From assembly GCA_002269645.1 (NCBI GenBank), contig NIVC01000178.1:98948-162947 (forward strand): a DNA stretch of 64,000 bases. Reading direction: 5' to 3'. Of this stretch, positions 1-13,003 are shown one piece after another; position 1 is the stretch's first letter, and the number at the start of each line of letters is the position of its first letter. The notes under the pieces are model-generated. The model searched no databases and was not told the DNA's origin. It saw only the letters and a list, made by a program, of their open reading frames with translations. Source of the stretch: Macrostomum lignano. Its lineage: Eukaryota. Position numbers and translations under genes: made by a program.

Positions 1-379
1 CTGCGCCTCACTCAGTGTTGAGGCGGGCGCAGGTGGTCTGAGAGGATGCGGGCGGTAGCTTTTTTCTCATCATTTTGACAGGCCATCAAGATATGAGGTC
101 AGAGCCTATTGTTCGGGTTCACTCAAGCGTGTGACAGTTTGGCAGCTATGCGTTTTACCCCTAAAAGTACTTTTGGGATTAGCGATTAGCGGTTTCTCTT
201 CATTATCTTTACTTTCTATTTAATAAGAGCTTTCTAATGTATACTTTTTCATTAATTTCTGTCAATCCTACGCGAAAAGTCATGCATAAATCATTTTGTT
301 GCGATTTTGATTGATTTATGGCCGTACCTGTCATCTTTTTACGACCCTGTGGGAACTGATAGGATCTCCCAGTCAGGTG

Positions 380-1790
380 ATTCTGAGTGGCAACAAGCTT
401 AGCCAATCAGAAAATTCGGCACTTATTTTAACAAAACGGCTCAGCCAATCAGAATCGACGTGTTCCATTATAACAAACTGTGGTCCAGTTGGCGGCTATT
501 TAAACCGGTGTTTTTGGCCCGCTCGGACAGGCTCCTCCTGGAAACTTAGCCTAGCTTGAGACATCCCGGAGCGCGACCGTCGTTTCTTGATCCCCGGATT
601 GCGACCTCCCCCCATCATCATCAAGGACGAGTCTCCCCGGTCATCAGCAGCGAACATCAAAGTTAAGAGCATCACCTGCTAGCTATCTGCGAAGACCGTG
701 ACATCAGCATCATCCCGGGTCTACAGCTGCGAAGCACTAAGCCGATTCGGTCACTGTGGATTACCTGGTCTCCGGCTGTTGAGTTTCTGATTGTTTGGGT
801 GAGAGGCTACCTAGACTTGCTTGATTGGGTGATTCCCTATCTGTCTCCTGTTTCAGTAGCTGGATTAGGCGCACACTTTTGCTCATTTTGTTCAGTAGTG
901 CTGTTACTGAGGCAGAAATCATTCAATAATACTGCTACTAGTAGTCTAAAACTCCAATTCAATCTGAGGTGTGAAGTGATAAGGAGAAGGTTAAATCTGA
1001 CAGTTATTTTTATCGGTTTTATTTCTTTGTTCGCCGATGGCTCAGATGAGTAGCAAAGCTAGTAGGCGCCGGTCACAGTGGACCAATGGCAAGCCAGTTC
1101 TCAGTCGATCAATCTATCAAATCAGTGAGCAAAACTGCCAGTAGTGCAGAATCGGCGCCAGATGTACTCTGTGCACTCTAGATTCGCCAAGCGGCTCGGG
1201 TAATGAATCATGCGGTCTCTGAAGTTCGAGTTAGTCTATCATCAGCGCTATGAGAGGCTAGTTGGCGCGTTGAAGGCCAAAAGTACAATTCTTCGTATTT
1301 AGCAATGTAATAGTACATGTAGCTACCCCATAGTCTCGCCACTGCAAGAATCCCCTGCACAAGTCCCCTCTGTACCTGCATGGCCAATGCGATATAGTCC
1401 CAGTAGTGTCCCTTAACATCGGCTATGACTTCGAGATTGACAGCAAAAAGACACTACATGTAGTTGGCAGGTAAGTGCAAAGCCCCTTAGTCAGAAGCCC
1501 GATTTCGAGAGTCCCGGTGTGGTGAGCCAGGACGTACGGGCTGGTGGCAGCGAGTTAGCTAATCTGCGGATTAACTAATTTCTACCTTCAAAATTCTCCC
1601 TGCTTGTTTATCGCTGTCCCTCTCTTAGCTATAGGACCTAGACTGCTCGCCACACGATCAAGCTACCATGGGGCTGACCATCTGACAGGAGTGGGGGGGC
1701 CAGGACTCTAATTGATTTATTTCTGAGACCTGATCGGCCCGAAGGCTTCCCCACAAGGGGGCCGAAAGGTCGAAACCCATCAAAAAAATT
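380..1790 (+). mobile_element. Possible LTR/terminal-repeat-like non-coding TE segment with promoter motifs
   Basis: Two AGCCAATCAG (CCAAT) boxes at ~403 and ~445 and TATTTAAA at 497-504, then ~1.2 kb with no credible ORF, ending in a hairpin cluster and CCATCA-A7 at ~1780. No second copy or TSD in the window. Confidence 0.25.
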
Positions 1791-2194
1791 AAGTTAAGCT
1801 AGATGCTATTTTATTTTAAAGGGAATATACGACTAATTCGAAGGTCCCACTAGCGAAAAGGACATTTCCACGTGCATCCATTCAAAAGTGACATTGTTTG
1901 GAAAAGTGCTGGTCTTCAAAAGATTTTCCATAGATTTCGAGTGTTGCGTCCTTCTTCTATGCAAGTGTGCTGGCAAAACTGGAAAATTCATGTAAATCTG
2001 GGGAGAGCAAAAAATGCACATAAAAATAAAATTCTGCCGATGAGTTACATATAAGTCATGGAAACTCGATCTTCGCTATGCGTGTGAAAGCTGCTGGACA
2101 ATGGAGAAAAAATATGAAAAGCGTCTATAGTTTTCTGTTAGTCTGTCTGTCTAATATACTGTTAGCGTCCGTCAACTGTCAGTCTGTCCTTTAA

Positions 2195-3112
<918 letters not shown>

Positions 3113-3732
3113 TTAGTGATTAGTCGTCTCTATATTTAAATTTAACTACTATATATAAGGTGTCTTTTAAAAGCAAGTATATATTTAAAAAGAATTAAAT
3201 CCCTGTTGCTGAATTGTACATGCGTGTCGCCGCGTGTGCAAGTTTAAGTCTTCCATTTACATGTTCTGACGGCAGCCTATTTTGGGTCCTCTGTATAACT
3301 TCTAGTTCATTCCTGCGCAAAATATAACAAAAATAGAAATATCGTATGCCAAACATTAGGCATAAAGGCGCTTGTACATACGATGGATATTTATGTCCAT
3401 GTTAACTGCGTATTAGGTGTGTAGCTCCTAAGATTGTGACGTGCAATTCGAAGTAAAATAAGCACATTGGCTACTTTATATAGATACCTGTTGATAACTC
3501 GGCCTATACTGCGCATGCGTTTATATGAAGACCCCGGTTATTCACACAGCTAACTGTATACTGCGTGTATTTATGCCAGAAAGGTTTGTATATCAATGAA
3601 CCTTTCCACAAGTGCTAGAAAAAGGGTACGGCACGGTGTTATATACGCGTATAGTCAGTGCATGGCAATCGCCTCATCCCCCTGCCCAACGCAATTGTAA
3701 AATAGAGGTTTATTTAAGGCGCAGCGCAGATA

Positions 3733-4946
3733 ATGAACGACTCCTCAGCGTACGACGCCATCAAAGTCGTGCTTGTCGGCAGTTCAAGCGCTGGCAAAAG
3801 CTGTTTGCTAAGCCGCTTCGCTAGCGACGAATTCGACTGCACGTCCGTATCGACTCGGGCAACCTTGGCCTCCGCGTTCTTCGCCAAATCCGTGCTAGTG
3901 GGCAGCAGGACGGTGAAATTGCACCTGTGGGATACGGCGGGCAGCGAGGAGTTCCGCTCAGTGATTCCCATGTACTACAGGCACGCCCGAGCTGCCGTAC
4001 TGTGCTACGATATTACGAATTATCGAACATTTAACGATCTGCAGTACTGGATTGACGAACTGACCAGAAAAGAGCCGGATTGTCGGCTGTACCTGTGCGG
4101 ATGCAAGTCTGACTTGCAGCAGGATGAGCGGCAGGTGTCGCTGATGAAGGCTAAACAGTTCGCCGAGAGTAAGTGGCAATGACAATAGCATATGTTTCGT
4201 TTATGAAATATTTTGTCTAGTTTATAAACACAGCTGCACATCATAGATGTTGATCTTTGACAACATTAAAGCCCCTAAATCCATTCAACACCTGCATCAA
4301 TAGCTCTTCCCCACATCCTTTCGCACCTGCATCACAAGACTAGCTCTTCCCCACATCCTTTCGCACCTGCATCACAAGACTAGCTCTTCCCCACATCCTT
4401 TCGCACCGGCCTGCATCACTACACGTAGTTCATTCCACTACCACTGGCAACTGCATCATTGCTCCTCAACACATCCCTGAGATTTGAATATGCATGTAGC
4501 CTCACAATAATCCGTGGCACCTGCTTCATCACGACTCCTCAAACATCTACTGTATATGAGCTTGTTTAATTAGGTCCAACATGTACTTTGCACCTCGATC
4601 ACTACACGCACATGCGCCATCCATGGATACAGCTCGTACAGCAGCTAATCCAGCGCTTTTCTCGCCTCACACTCGTACACTACAAAACTATTCAGCAAAC
4701 CGTGCAGCATTCTTCGAGACCTCAGCCCGCACAGGCGACAACGTGACCGCCTTGTTTCACCGGATCTGCTGCGACGTAGTCGAGTGGGACTTCGTCAGCA
4801 TCACCAGCGGACAGCGCAGCGCTCAGCGTCCGGAGGATCCAGCGGCCAGCAAGAAGAAAGGATTCTTCTTGAAGTCAATCGAAGCAGATGAAGCAGCGTC
4901 TGAAAGACAACAGCACAAATGCTTCCATCTTTGCAAGTCCGGCTGA
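3733..4946 (+). CDS. RAB24: Rab24-like small GTPase, 2 exons join(3733..4168,4696..4946), 228 aa
   Basis: G1 GSSSAGKS, G3 WDTAGSE, G4 YLCGCKSD and G5 FFETSA. DTAGSE and YLCGxKSDL are Rab24-type. Donor GA|gtaagt at 4169 and acceptor ttcag|CA at 4695 join in phase 1 with the frame intact. Confidence 0.85.
4290..4410. repeat. 40-bp tandem repeat x3 in the Rab24 intron
   Basis: Unit GCACCTGCATCACAAGACTAGCTCTTCCCCACATCCTTTC. Confidence 0.85.
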
Positions 4947-5181
4947 GATTTCAGTAGCTAGTTATGCACATGTTACTTAAAATTTGTACCGGTACACAAA
5001 ACATACAATAATAAACTCGTATGCAATTCTTAATCTTTAGAACTAATTCCTCTTGGTCAGGGCACTGGCTTAATACATGTACTTATCTTCACGACGATAC
5101 GTACATTTATAGATTTTTCATTGGGAAGATCGAGGGTCCAGCGTCTTTGGAAAGCATTTCATTTGACTGGGACGCCTTTCA

Positions 5182-5540
5182 TTTGACTGGGCGCCAGCAC
5201 CAGGGGCGCCAGCACCAGGGGCGCCAGCACCAGGGGCGCCAGCACCAGGGGCGCCAGCACCAGGGGCGCCAGCACCAGGGGCGCCAGCACCAGGGGCGCC
5301 AGCACCAGGGGCGCCAGCACCAGGGGCGCCAGCACCAGGGGCGCCAGCACCAGGGGCGCCAGCACCAGGGGCGCCAGCACCAGGGGCGCCAGCACCAGGG
5401 GCGCCAGCACCAGGGGCGCCAGCACCAGGGGCGCCAGCACCAGGGGCGCCAGCACCAGGGGCGCCAGCACCAGGGGCGCCAGCACCAGGGGTGCCAGCAC
5501 CAGGGGCGCCAGCACCAGGGGCGCTAGCACCAGGGGCGCC
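5182..5540 (+). repeat. 15-bp minisatellite (GGCGCCAGCACCAGG)n, ~23 units
   Basis: Near-perfect array; reverse complement of the array at 13627-13965. Confidence 0.97.
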
Positions 5541-5787
5541 TGTAGTACTGTAGCCTGTAGTACTGTAGCCTGTAGTACTGTAGCCTGTAGTACTGCAGCC
5601 TGTAGTACTGTAGCCTGTAGTACTGTAGCCTGTAGTACTGTAGCCTGTAGTACTGTAGCCTGTAGTATTGTAGCCTGTAGTACTGTAGCCTGTAGTACTG
5701 TAGCCTGTAGTATTGTAGCCTGTAGTACTGTAGCCTGTAGTACTGTAGCCTGTAGTATTGTAGCCTGTAGTACTGTAGCCTGTAGTA
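5541..5787. repeat. 15-bp minisatellite (CTGTAGTACTGTAGC)n, ~16 units
   Basis: Directly abuts the previous array. Confidence 0.95.
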
Positions 5788-6100
5788 CGTGAGATCTCAA
5801 GCCTGTACGTGAGGTCTCAAGCTGTTGAAGTCTCAAGCATGTGAGATCTCAAGCCTGTACGTGAGGTCTCAAGCTGGTGAAGTCTCAAGCATGTGAGATC
5901 TCAAGCCTGTGAAGTCTCAAGCCTGTGAAGTCTCAAGCCTGTGAGCTCTCAAGCCTGTGAGCTCTCAAGCCTGTGAGATCTCCCAACCTGTGAAGTCTCA
6001 AGCTGGTGAAGTCTCAAGCTGGTGAAGCCTCAAGCTGGTGAAGTCTCAAGCTAGTGAAGTCTCAAGCCAGTGAAGTCTCAAGCTGGTGAAGTTTCGAGCT
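5788..6100. repeat. 16-bp degenerate minisatellite (GTGAAGTCTCAAGCTG/GTGAGATCTCAAGCCT)
   Basis: Third abutting array. It decays into GTGAAGTTTCGAGCTT, a motif also seen at ~37270-37390 and ~54540-54700. Confidence 0.85.
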
Positions 6101-6969
6101 TGCAAAAGCGACACTATAACGAATAATTTTCTGAATGCATTGATTGAGTTTTAACAAAACTGCTCTTTAAAATTTGACAAGTGAATTTTGACGAACTTTC
6201 AATCAATCAAAAAGTCTTTTTAAATTAATAACTCATTCAAACGGGAAAAATACAATCGCGCCCCCACTAATGCCTAAAGAGAGATCATAAGGACATGCAG
6301 GCTTCAGTTAAGCATACAGGTAAGTTATATTGTAGCTATTAGTTCGTCCCCACAATCGTTCTACTCCTGCCAACCGCCCACGGACAGAAGAGGAAAGGAG
6401 ATCTGCGTGACCTCGATCGATAAATCCCAGACACTCTCTTCCCCATGGGCATCCCCAAAATCTTCCCTGACTCCCCAATTCTCTCCCTCTCTCTTCTCTC
6501 CCTATCCTCCTGTCCTCATCCCCCATTCCAACCCTGTGTGGGGAAAAGTGCTTTCTGTCTGCCTGCCTGCATGTCACCCAGCTTGGGTCTGCGACTGAAA
6601 CTAAACGACCACGCAGTTCCCGTTTCAGCTCCCACGCAGCTTCCACGCGAGTTCAGTACTAGCTTAATATTTCCTCATCCTCACATCCTTATCCCACTCG
6701 CTTTTCTAGATTTCTCTTGCACCCTGGCAGCATCGATTTCTTGTTTCTCAAGTCAGTGACTCAAGGTTTTAATTTATTACACTCCATGGCCAGGGGGAGG
6801 GCAGAATATTAGCAACGGATATAAGATATCCCTCAATGACTCATCCCTACATCCTGCTGTGAGTTTACTGCGACTTCCTGATCGCATCTGATACAGTCAC
6901 CATCTAGACAATATGGGATGCTATAAAATTTAATTATTCTTCTTTATTACTAATCCTGTTAAAAAAGTT

Positions 6970-7160
6970 CGTCTGTCTGTCTGCCTTAGTGTCTATCTTA
7001 GTGTCTGTCTTAGTGTCTGTCTGAGTGCCTGTCTTAGTGTCTGTCTAAGTGCCTGTCTGAGTGCTTGTCTTAGTGTCTGGCTAAGTGTCTGTCTAAGTGT
7101 CTGTATTAGTGTCTATCTTAGTGTCTGTCTGAGTGTCTGTCCTAATGTCTGTCTTAGTGG
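6970..7160. repeat. 12-bp repeat (TTAGTGTCTGTC)n
   Basis: Degenerate derivative of the TCTG satellite. Confidence 0.85.
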
Positions 7161-7481
7161 GTCTTACAATCTGAATGGTCATCAATCCGTTTATTTTATA
7201 TTTTTGGTATACAAAGAAGACTAACAAATGTATGTTCAGGCACTTGGCTCGTTGCCAAGAGAGGCCCTCGAGAGGAGATTAGGTGCTACTACGAGCGTAG
7301 TAGGATCGGTACCTCATTCGTTCGTTGCGCCAAGGAGACCTTCAACAAGGACCTGGAGTGAATGTTTTTTTCACAAAACCAGTGCATTCATATACACGAT
7401 AAAATAAGGACTTCGGGTTTCCAGTTTTCACCTATAAGCCCCGCTTAGGCTACGGTCAGACCAAAGCTTGACCAAAGCTAA

Positions 7482-9103
7482 CTCCCCATTGAGTCAATTG
7501 ACATCTCAGCAACTCCCAATTGAGTCAATTGATATCTCAGCAACTCCCCATTGAGTCAATTGATATCTCAGCAACTCCCCATTGAGTCAATTGATATCTC
7601 AGCAACTCCCATTGAGTAAATTGACATCTCAGCAACTCCCCGTTGAGTCAATTGACATCTCAGCAACTCCCCATTGAGTCAATTGACATCTCAAGCAACT
7701 CCCCATTGAGTCAATTGACATCTCACCAACTCCCCATTGAGTCAATTGACATCTCACCAACTCACTATTGAGTCAATTGACATCTCAGCAACTCCCCATT
7801 GAGTCAATTGACGTCCCGCATAGCGACCTGTGCCTCAACTTTCTCAACGAATGTCAGGCCAATCGCGTCTTCACCGATGGCATTGCCTCAACGCTGAACC
7901 TGAGACAGCGCTACTCCGTAGCTATCGACTCGCGCGATAACATCAATGACCAATGGAACCTTGGTGAGCTTCATTGCTACACCGACGGTTCTAAGCAGTC
8001 AGCCAACACCGGCTTTGGTGTTGGAGTCTTTCTGAACGAGAGGGTCATCGCTACCCACGCTCAATACACTGGGGTCAACTCCAGTGTTTTCCAAAATGAA
8101 GTTCTGACCATCAGCTCCTGCACTGCAGAGCTTCTCGCCACTGGCGTTATTGGCAAGAACATCATTTTCCATTCGGACAGCCAAGCTGCCTTGCACGCCA
8201 TCAGTGGCTGCAGCACCAACTCTGCTACAGTCCTCGACTGTATCAAACTTCTCAACGTGTTGGGTTCCGCCAATAAAATTACCCTTAAGTGGGTTCCGGG
8301 GCATGTGGGGATCCGAGGAAATGAGCTGGCTGACACCCCTGCAAAAGTTGGTGCCTCCGGCTCCTCTCTCGGCCCCGAACCTCTTGTCCCGATTCCTGGC
8401 TGTGTCATCGACTCGCGCATCAAAGCGTGGATCAGGACTCAGCACCGCTCGACTTGGGCGAACCGCACGAACTGCAGGCAATCCAGAGGCGCTGTCCCTC
8501 AGCCCTCTCACCAGCTCCGGAAGCTCCTCTTGCGCCTCTCGCGCAGAGACATCCGGGCTACCACCATGACCCTCTCTGGTCACGGCTGCTTCTCCAGGCA
8601 CCAGTACCTGCAGGGCAACGCCACCAACGCCACCTGTAGTTTCTGCAACTCAGGTGACGAAACCGCTGAGCATTTCGTCAGCATCTGTCCCGCCTTCACG
8701 CGGGCCAGACTCACTTACCTCGGGCCACACACATCTATTACTGAAGCGTGCAAACCCGAAAACTTTAATCAGCTCATGCGCTACCTTCGGGCCACCCGCA
8801 GGGCTGAACTCTCCTTTCCAGAGAGCACTATAGCTGCTGGCGACACTGGGGGACCTCCCTGGGCGGCGCCAACCCTCCGTCCATAGCGACGCGTCGGCCG
8901 TTCAGGGATTAGCGGAATGGGCGCCCGCGCCTTCCCGCTGTGTCCCCTCTGGGACAGCCCTGCAGCTAAGTCAGTAAGTCAAGAGTCAATTGACATCTCA
9001 GCAACTCCCCATTGAGTCAATTGACATCTCAGCAACTCCCGATTGAGTCAATTGACATCTCAGCAACTCCCCATTGAGTCAATTGACATCTCAGCAACTC
9101 CCC
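7482..9103. repeat. 31-bp minisatellite (CCCCATTGAGTCAATTGACATCTCAGCAACT)n, split by a LINE
   Basis: ~11 units at 7482-7812 and ~4 units at 8983-9103. Each unit contains the palindrome GTCAATTGAC. Confidence 0.95.
7813..8982 (+). mobile_element. 5'-truncated non-LTR retrotransposon (I-group, Loa/Lian-like) with RNase H and C-terminal Cys-His knuckle
   Basis: Open frame to 8886 with RNase H motifs YTDGS, FQNEV, HSDSQ, WVPGH, GNELAD and knuckle CSFCNSGDETAEHFVSIC. 3' UTR has hairpins and a TAAGTCAG-type tail. 12-bp TSD GAGTCAATTGAC at 7801-7812 and 8983-8994. Confidence 0.92.
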
Positions 9104-9744
9104 TTTGTAACTGGCGCCCCAGCTGTAGCTGGCGCCCGCCACTATACATGTAGCTGGCTTGTCTTTCTAAGATCTTAAATGTACATCACTGCACTTGTTT
9201 ACCCCATAGGATAGACTGATACCATCAGCTGACATCCTGGTTGCTGGTTCCCAATTTGGCAGCCGAGTTTGGACCCAGGATACCAAATCCAAATAGCCAC
9301 TGTGATTCTGACGCTTGCAAAACCCCAGTTGGCATAGAAATTTAAATCATATCATTTTTACTCAGTGCAACTTGTCGGCACAAGTATACATGATAAACAC
9401 GAAGAAGTTGGCCGGTACAGAAAATAATGTCTAAAATAACTTTCTCACCCCGATTCACTTCAGTCTACATTTTTTTCTTCACGCGTAAGTGTAGGAGGTG
9501 GTGTATAAACATATACTGAGTCATTGACAGCGCGGAAACAATTTTATTCGAATTGGAAAGTGTCTTAAAATTGGAAATCAGGTTTCCATTTTTATTATAT
9601 TATATACGAGCTAAGCATCCGGGTTCTGCGACAGGCAGCAGCTCCGCGGTGAAGGCACCTTGATTTCCATTCCGTGCGCTGCGAGTCCACATTTTAATTT
9701 AGGGCTTGTGCACCGAAATTTTGCTGATGGGTTGACGCGTGATT

Positions 9745-10376
<632 letters not shown>

Positions 10377-10468
10377 AGAGGTAGGACTATGAAGAACAGC
10401 AAGGGGAGATTAAAATTAAAAGACAAGAAGGCAGAGGAAGGAGAAAAGAAAGGATGAGTAAATAGGAC

Positions 10469-10755
10469 CATACATGCGCAACCTCCAAAATTCGGTCGAC
10501 TTAATTTTAACAAAAATGCGACGTAGTTTTAGGCCAAAAATGCGACTTGCATGTAAAAAAACCCTAAAGCAAAATAAACGCAACCTTGGGTAAACGGCAG
10601 AAGTAACTATGACTGTCTTATGAGGTCAAAATGCCTCGTCAGCTACTTAGTACTACTACTTCGGTTTTTCGGGTGGGCATTTTTGCGACTTCCTTGATTG
10701 GCCGCCAAATCGGTCGGCCGGATCGGCCAACTCGGCCAACTGTTGCGCATGTATG
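10469..10755 (+). mobile_element. 287-bp non-autonomous DNA transposon (hAT-like MITE) carrying a 28S rRNA fragment
   Basis: Perfect 14-bp TIR CATACATGCGCAAC (10469-10482) / GTTGCGCATGTATG (10742-10755). 8-bp TSD AATAGGAC at 10461-10468 and 10756-10763. Subterminal TGCGAC motifs. An 8-bp TSD with CA-starting TIR fits hAT; P superfamily is not excluded. Confidence 0.9.
10588..10651 (+). other. 28S rRNA-derived 64-nt fragment (H69-H71 region, R2/I-PpoI target); not a functional rRNA gene
   Basis: GGGTAAACGGCAGAAGTAACTATGACTGTCTTATGAGGTCAAAATGCCTCGTCAGCTACTTAGT aligns without gaps to the conserved eukaryotic LSU segment GGGTAAACGGCGGGAGTAACTATGACTCTCTTAAGGTAGCCAAATGCCTCGTCATCTAATTAGT at 53/64 (hand count). 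Confidence 0.85.
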
Positions 10756-13003
10756 AATAGGACAATTGGGAGACTGAGAGCAGGAAGAGGGCGAGAGCGG
10801 AAAAGAGAATAAGAAATGGAGACAGACGAGCCAATAATACTTTATAGTAATTAAAATTAATTACTATCAATGTTGACAGATAGCAATACAATAGAAGTTA
10901 AATTACAACAAAGTTAAAGTACAAAACAAAACAAATGGGTCTAGTTGAAAATGCAGAGGCCACATCCCTTGGGACGGTAACTTGCCTGACCGATTTTGAA
11001 TAAAATAAGGCTTAATAGTTACTAACTAATTAAGGCTTCAAAGTAATCGATGGCTTAGGCAAGGTTAACGTCTCAGGGATTTGCGCCATCTGACAGCGTT
11101 TGTTGTGTCGATGATATATTTATTGAGGTTGAGAGTTGAGACTCAAGGGAGGAAAAATGGCAGCTCAAATTGTGTGGCAAACAAAATTTCAAGATTTAAC
11201 AACTACTATTATTTAACTTACCATATTACCGTTGCTTTTGTCAGTGTCAGCGCATGTGAGACGACACGGCATGAGGCTTGCGGAGCAGCGAGAGCGAGAG
11301 CGGTGGTGTGCACTGTGCACTTTAAGCAAGTTGAAAATTGTTTAGACTGGGTGGAGTTTAATATGTAGACAAGGCCGAGACGAAAGAGAGAAAACTGAGA
11401 TGAGAAGTGAGTGAATTCAACATTTTTGTGGATGCAGCACAAAGTTAAGGCCCAATTTCTCTTAGTCTTACCAACTTGATTGCGTAGAAGAGAAGTAGAC
11501 AGTCGCTGTGTCAGTCGGACAGTAAACAAATTCCGTCTAACGCAGGTCCAGTCACCCAGGAAAAGGGAACGTGTCTGTTACCGCGCTCTCACACATTCAA
11601 GTCTAAGTCCAGCTGTGTAGGTCCTTTTACTCGCAGTCGCAGCCCAGTAGGGGTTAGGGGAGGGGTGAGAGGCCAGCCCCCCCCCCCGTCTGTCTGGCTA
11701 GCTCAGGATTGGGGGTTTCGCGCTTTGGGGGGGTTGGCGGTTAGGCGCGGTCCGTTTATGTTTATGCCCGTCGGGGACGGTCTGGTCTGGGGAGGTGGAG
11801 CGGCGGGGGAAGGGGGTTGGTCTGGCACACGACTGGAGATAAGTAATAAAAGGCTGGGCTTGACTGTAAAATAGCTGGAACTCTAGAAGGGCAAAAGGGT
11901 TTGGCGCGACCCAGACAGTGGGTTGGGGTGGGTGGCTGTACGATACGAAGGGAGGGCATTAAAGCGAGAATACTCAAAACAGTAATGAGCAATTTCATTG
12001 GCCTCGGCCGGTCCTGTTGAGAGGGGGAAGGTAGATAGAGGAAAATGGAAATGTCTAGAATTTTTCAACTTTGCCGCTGTCGGGACCGGGGGCTGGGGTG
12101 GGACGGGACGAGCGCGGAGCTGAGGAAGGCAAGCGCATAAATAAATTTTGCTGTTGACTTGCCCTATTTTTGCACTTACACACGTTTACACAACACATAT
12201 AAAGCAGCTTTCGTTCAGACTCGAGTCAGACTCGAGAGCCGAGACGAGACGAGACACGAGTATTTTTACTCCGCTTGGAAAATCCAAATGTTTCCCTTAC
12301 CTTTCTTTCCTCCTTCTTTTGTATAAAAAGGATCCCGTGATCTTAGTTAGAAGCTGAACTTACTGTTTTGCTCAGCTGTTTTTCGTTAATTTTTTAATTT
12401 ATGCTTTTTTTAGTCTAAAAAAAGGCGTCTGCTGGTCTGCAGACAGCAGTCGAGGGGCGACCGTCTGTCTTAATTAAGTTGTCAAAATGATGGCATCTGT
12501 CGATATAAGTAATTCCTCATGCTTTCTGTTAAATTATATTCTAACCGTATTTAAAGCCACCCAAATATCACAAGAAAAAAGTCAACAGAGACCAGACATA
12601 AACATGTGGGGTTGAAAGGTTCTTTGTCCGTTGGAACAGAAAATGCGTGGGCGGTGGAGGCGTACATCAGGTTCCTACTTCCTTTTAAAGGAAGGGACAG
12701 CCCCGGACCAGTGTTTTATTTTATAGTGCGGGTGGGAGAAGTTATGGGGTTTATAAGTCTGTAAATAAGGAAGGTGAGTGAGTGCATGTGCAGTGAGTGG
12801 CTGACTGGTGGGAGCGGAACGGCATATTCGAGCGTCAACATTACTTAAACAGTATTTATAGTCTTTATCTCTTTTCCGGTTGAGAAACTAATTGGAAGCT
12901 TGGCGTGGAGTAAGGGTGCAGCATCCGGATTCCGGCTGCACTTTGCCAATTAATTAGGTTAATTATTGTATTAGTACCGTAGCCAAATATTTTTTGGTAT
13001 GCA

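Noticed and set aside
1715-1780. Canonical hammerhead ribozyme
   Set aside because: The CUGANGA core cannot be placed correctly relative to stem II and GAAA; kept only as a low-interest structured element.
10588-10651. Functional rRNA gene, or bacterial 23S/mitochondrial contamination
   Set aside because: Only 64 nt match, H69 pairing is broken, the fragment is embedded in a TIR/TSD-bounded element, and it is closer to the eukaryotic LSU wording than to bacterial 23S.
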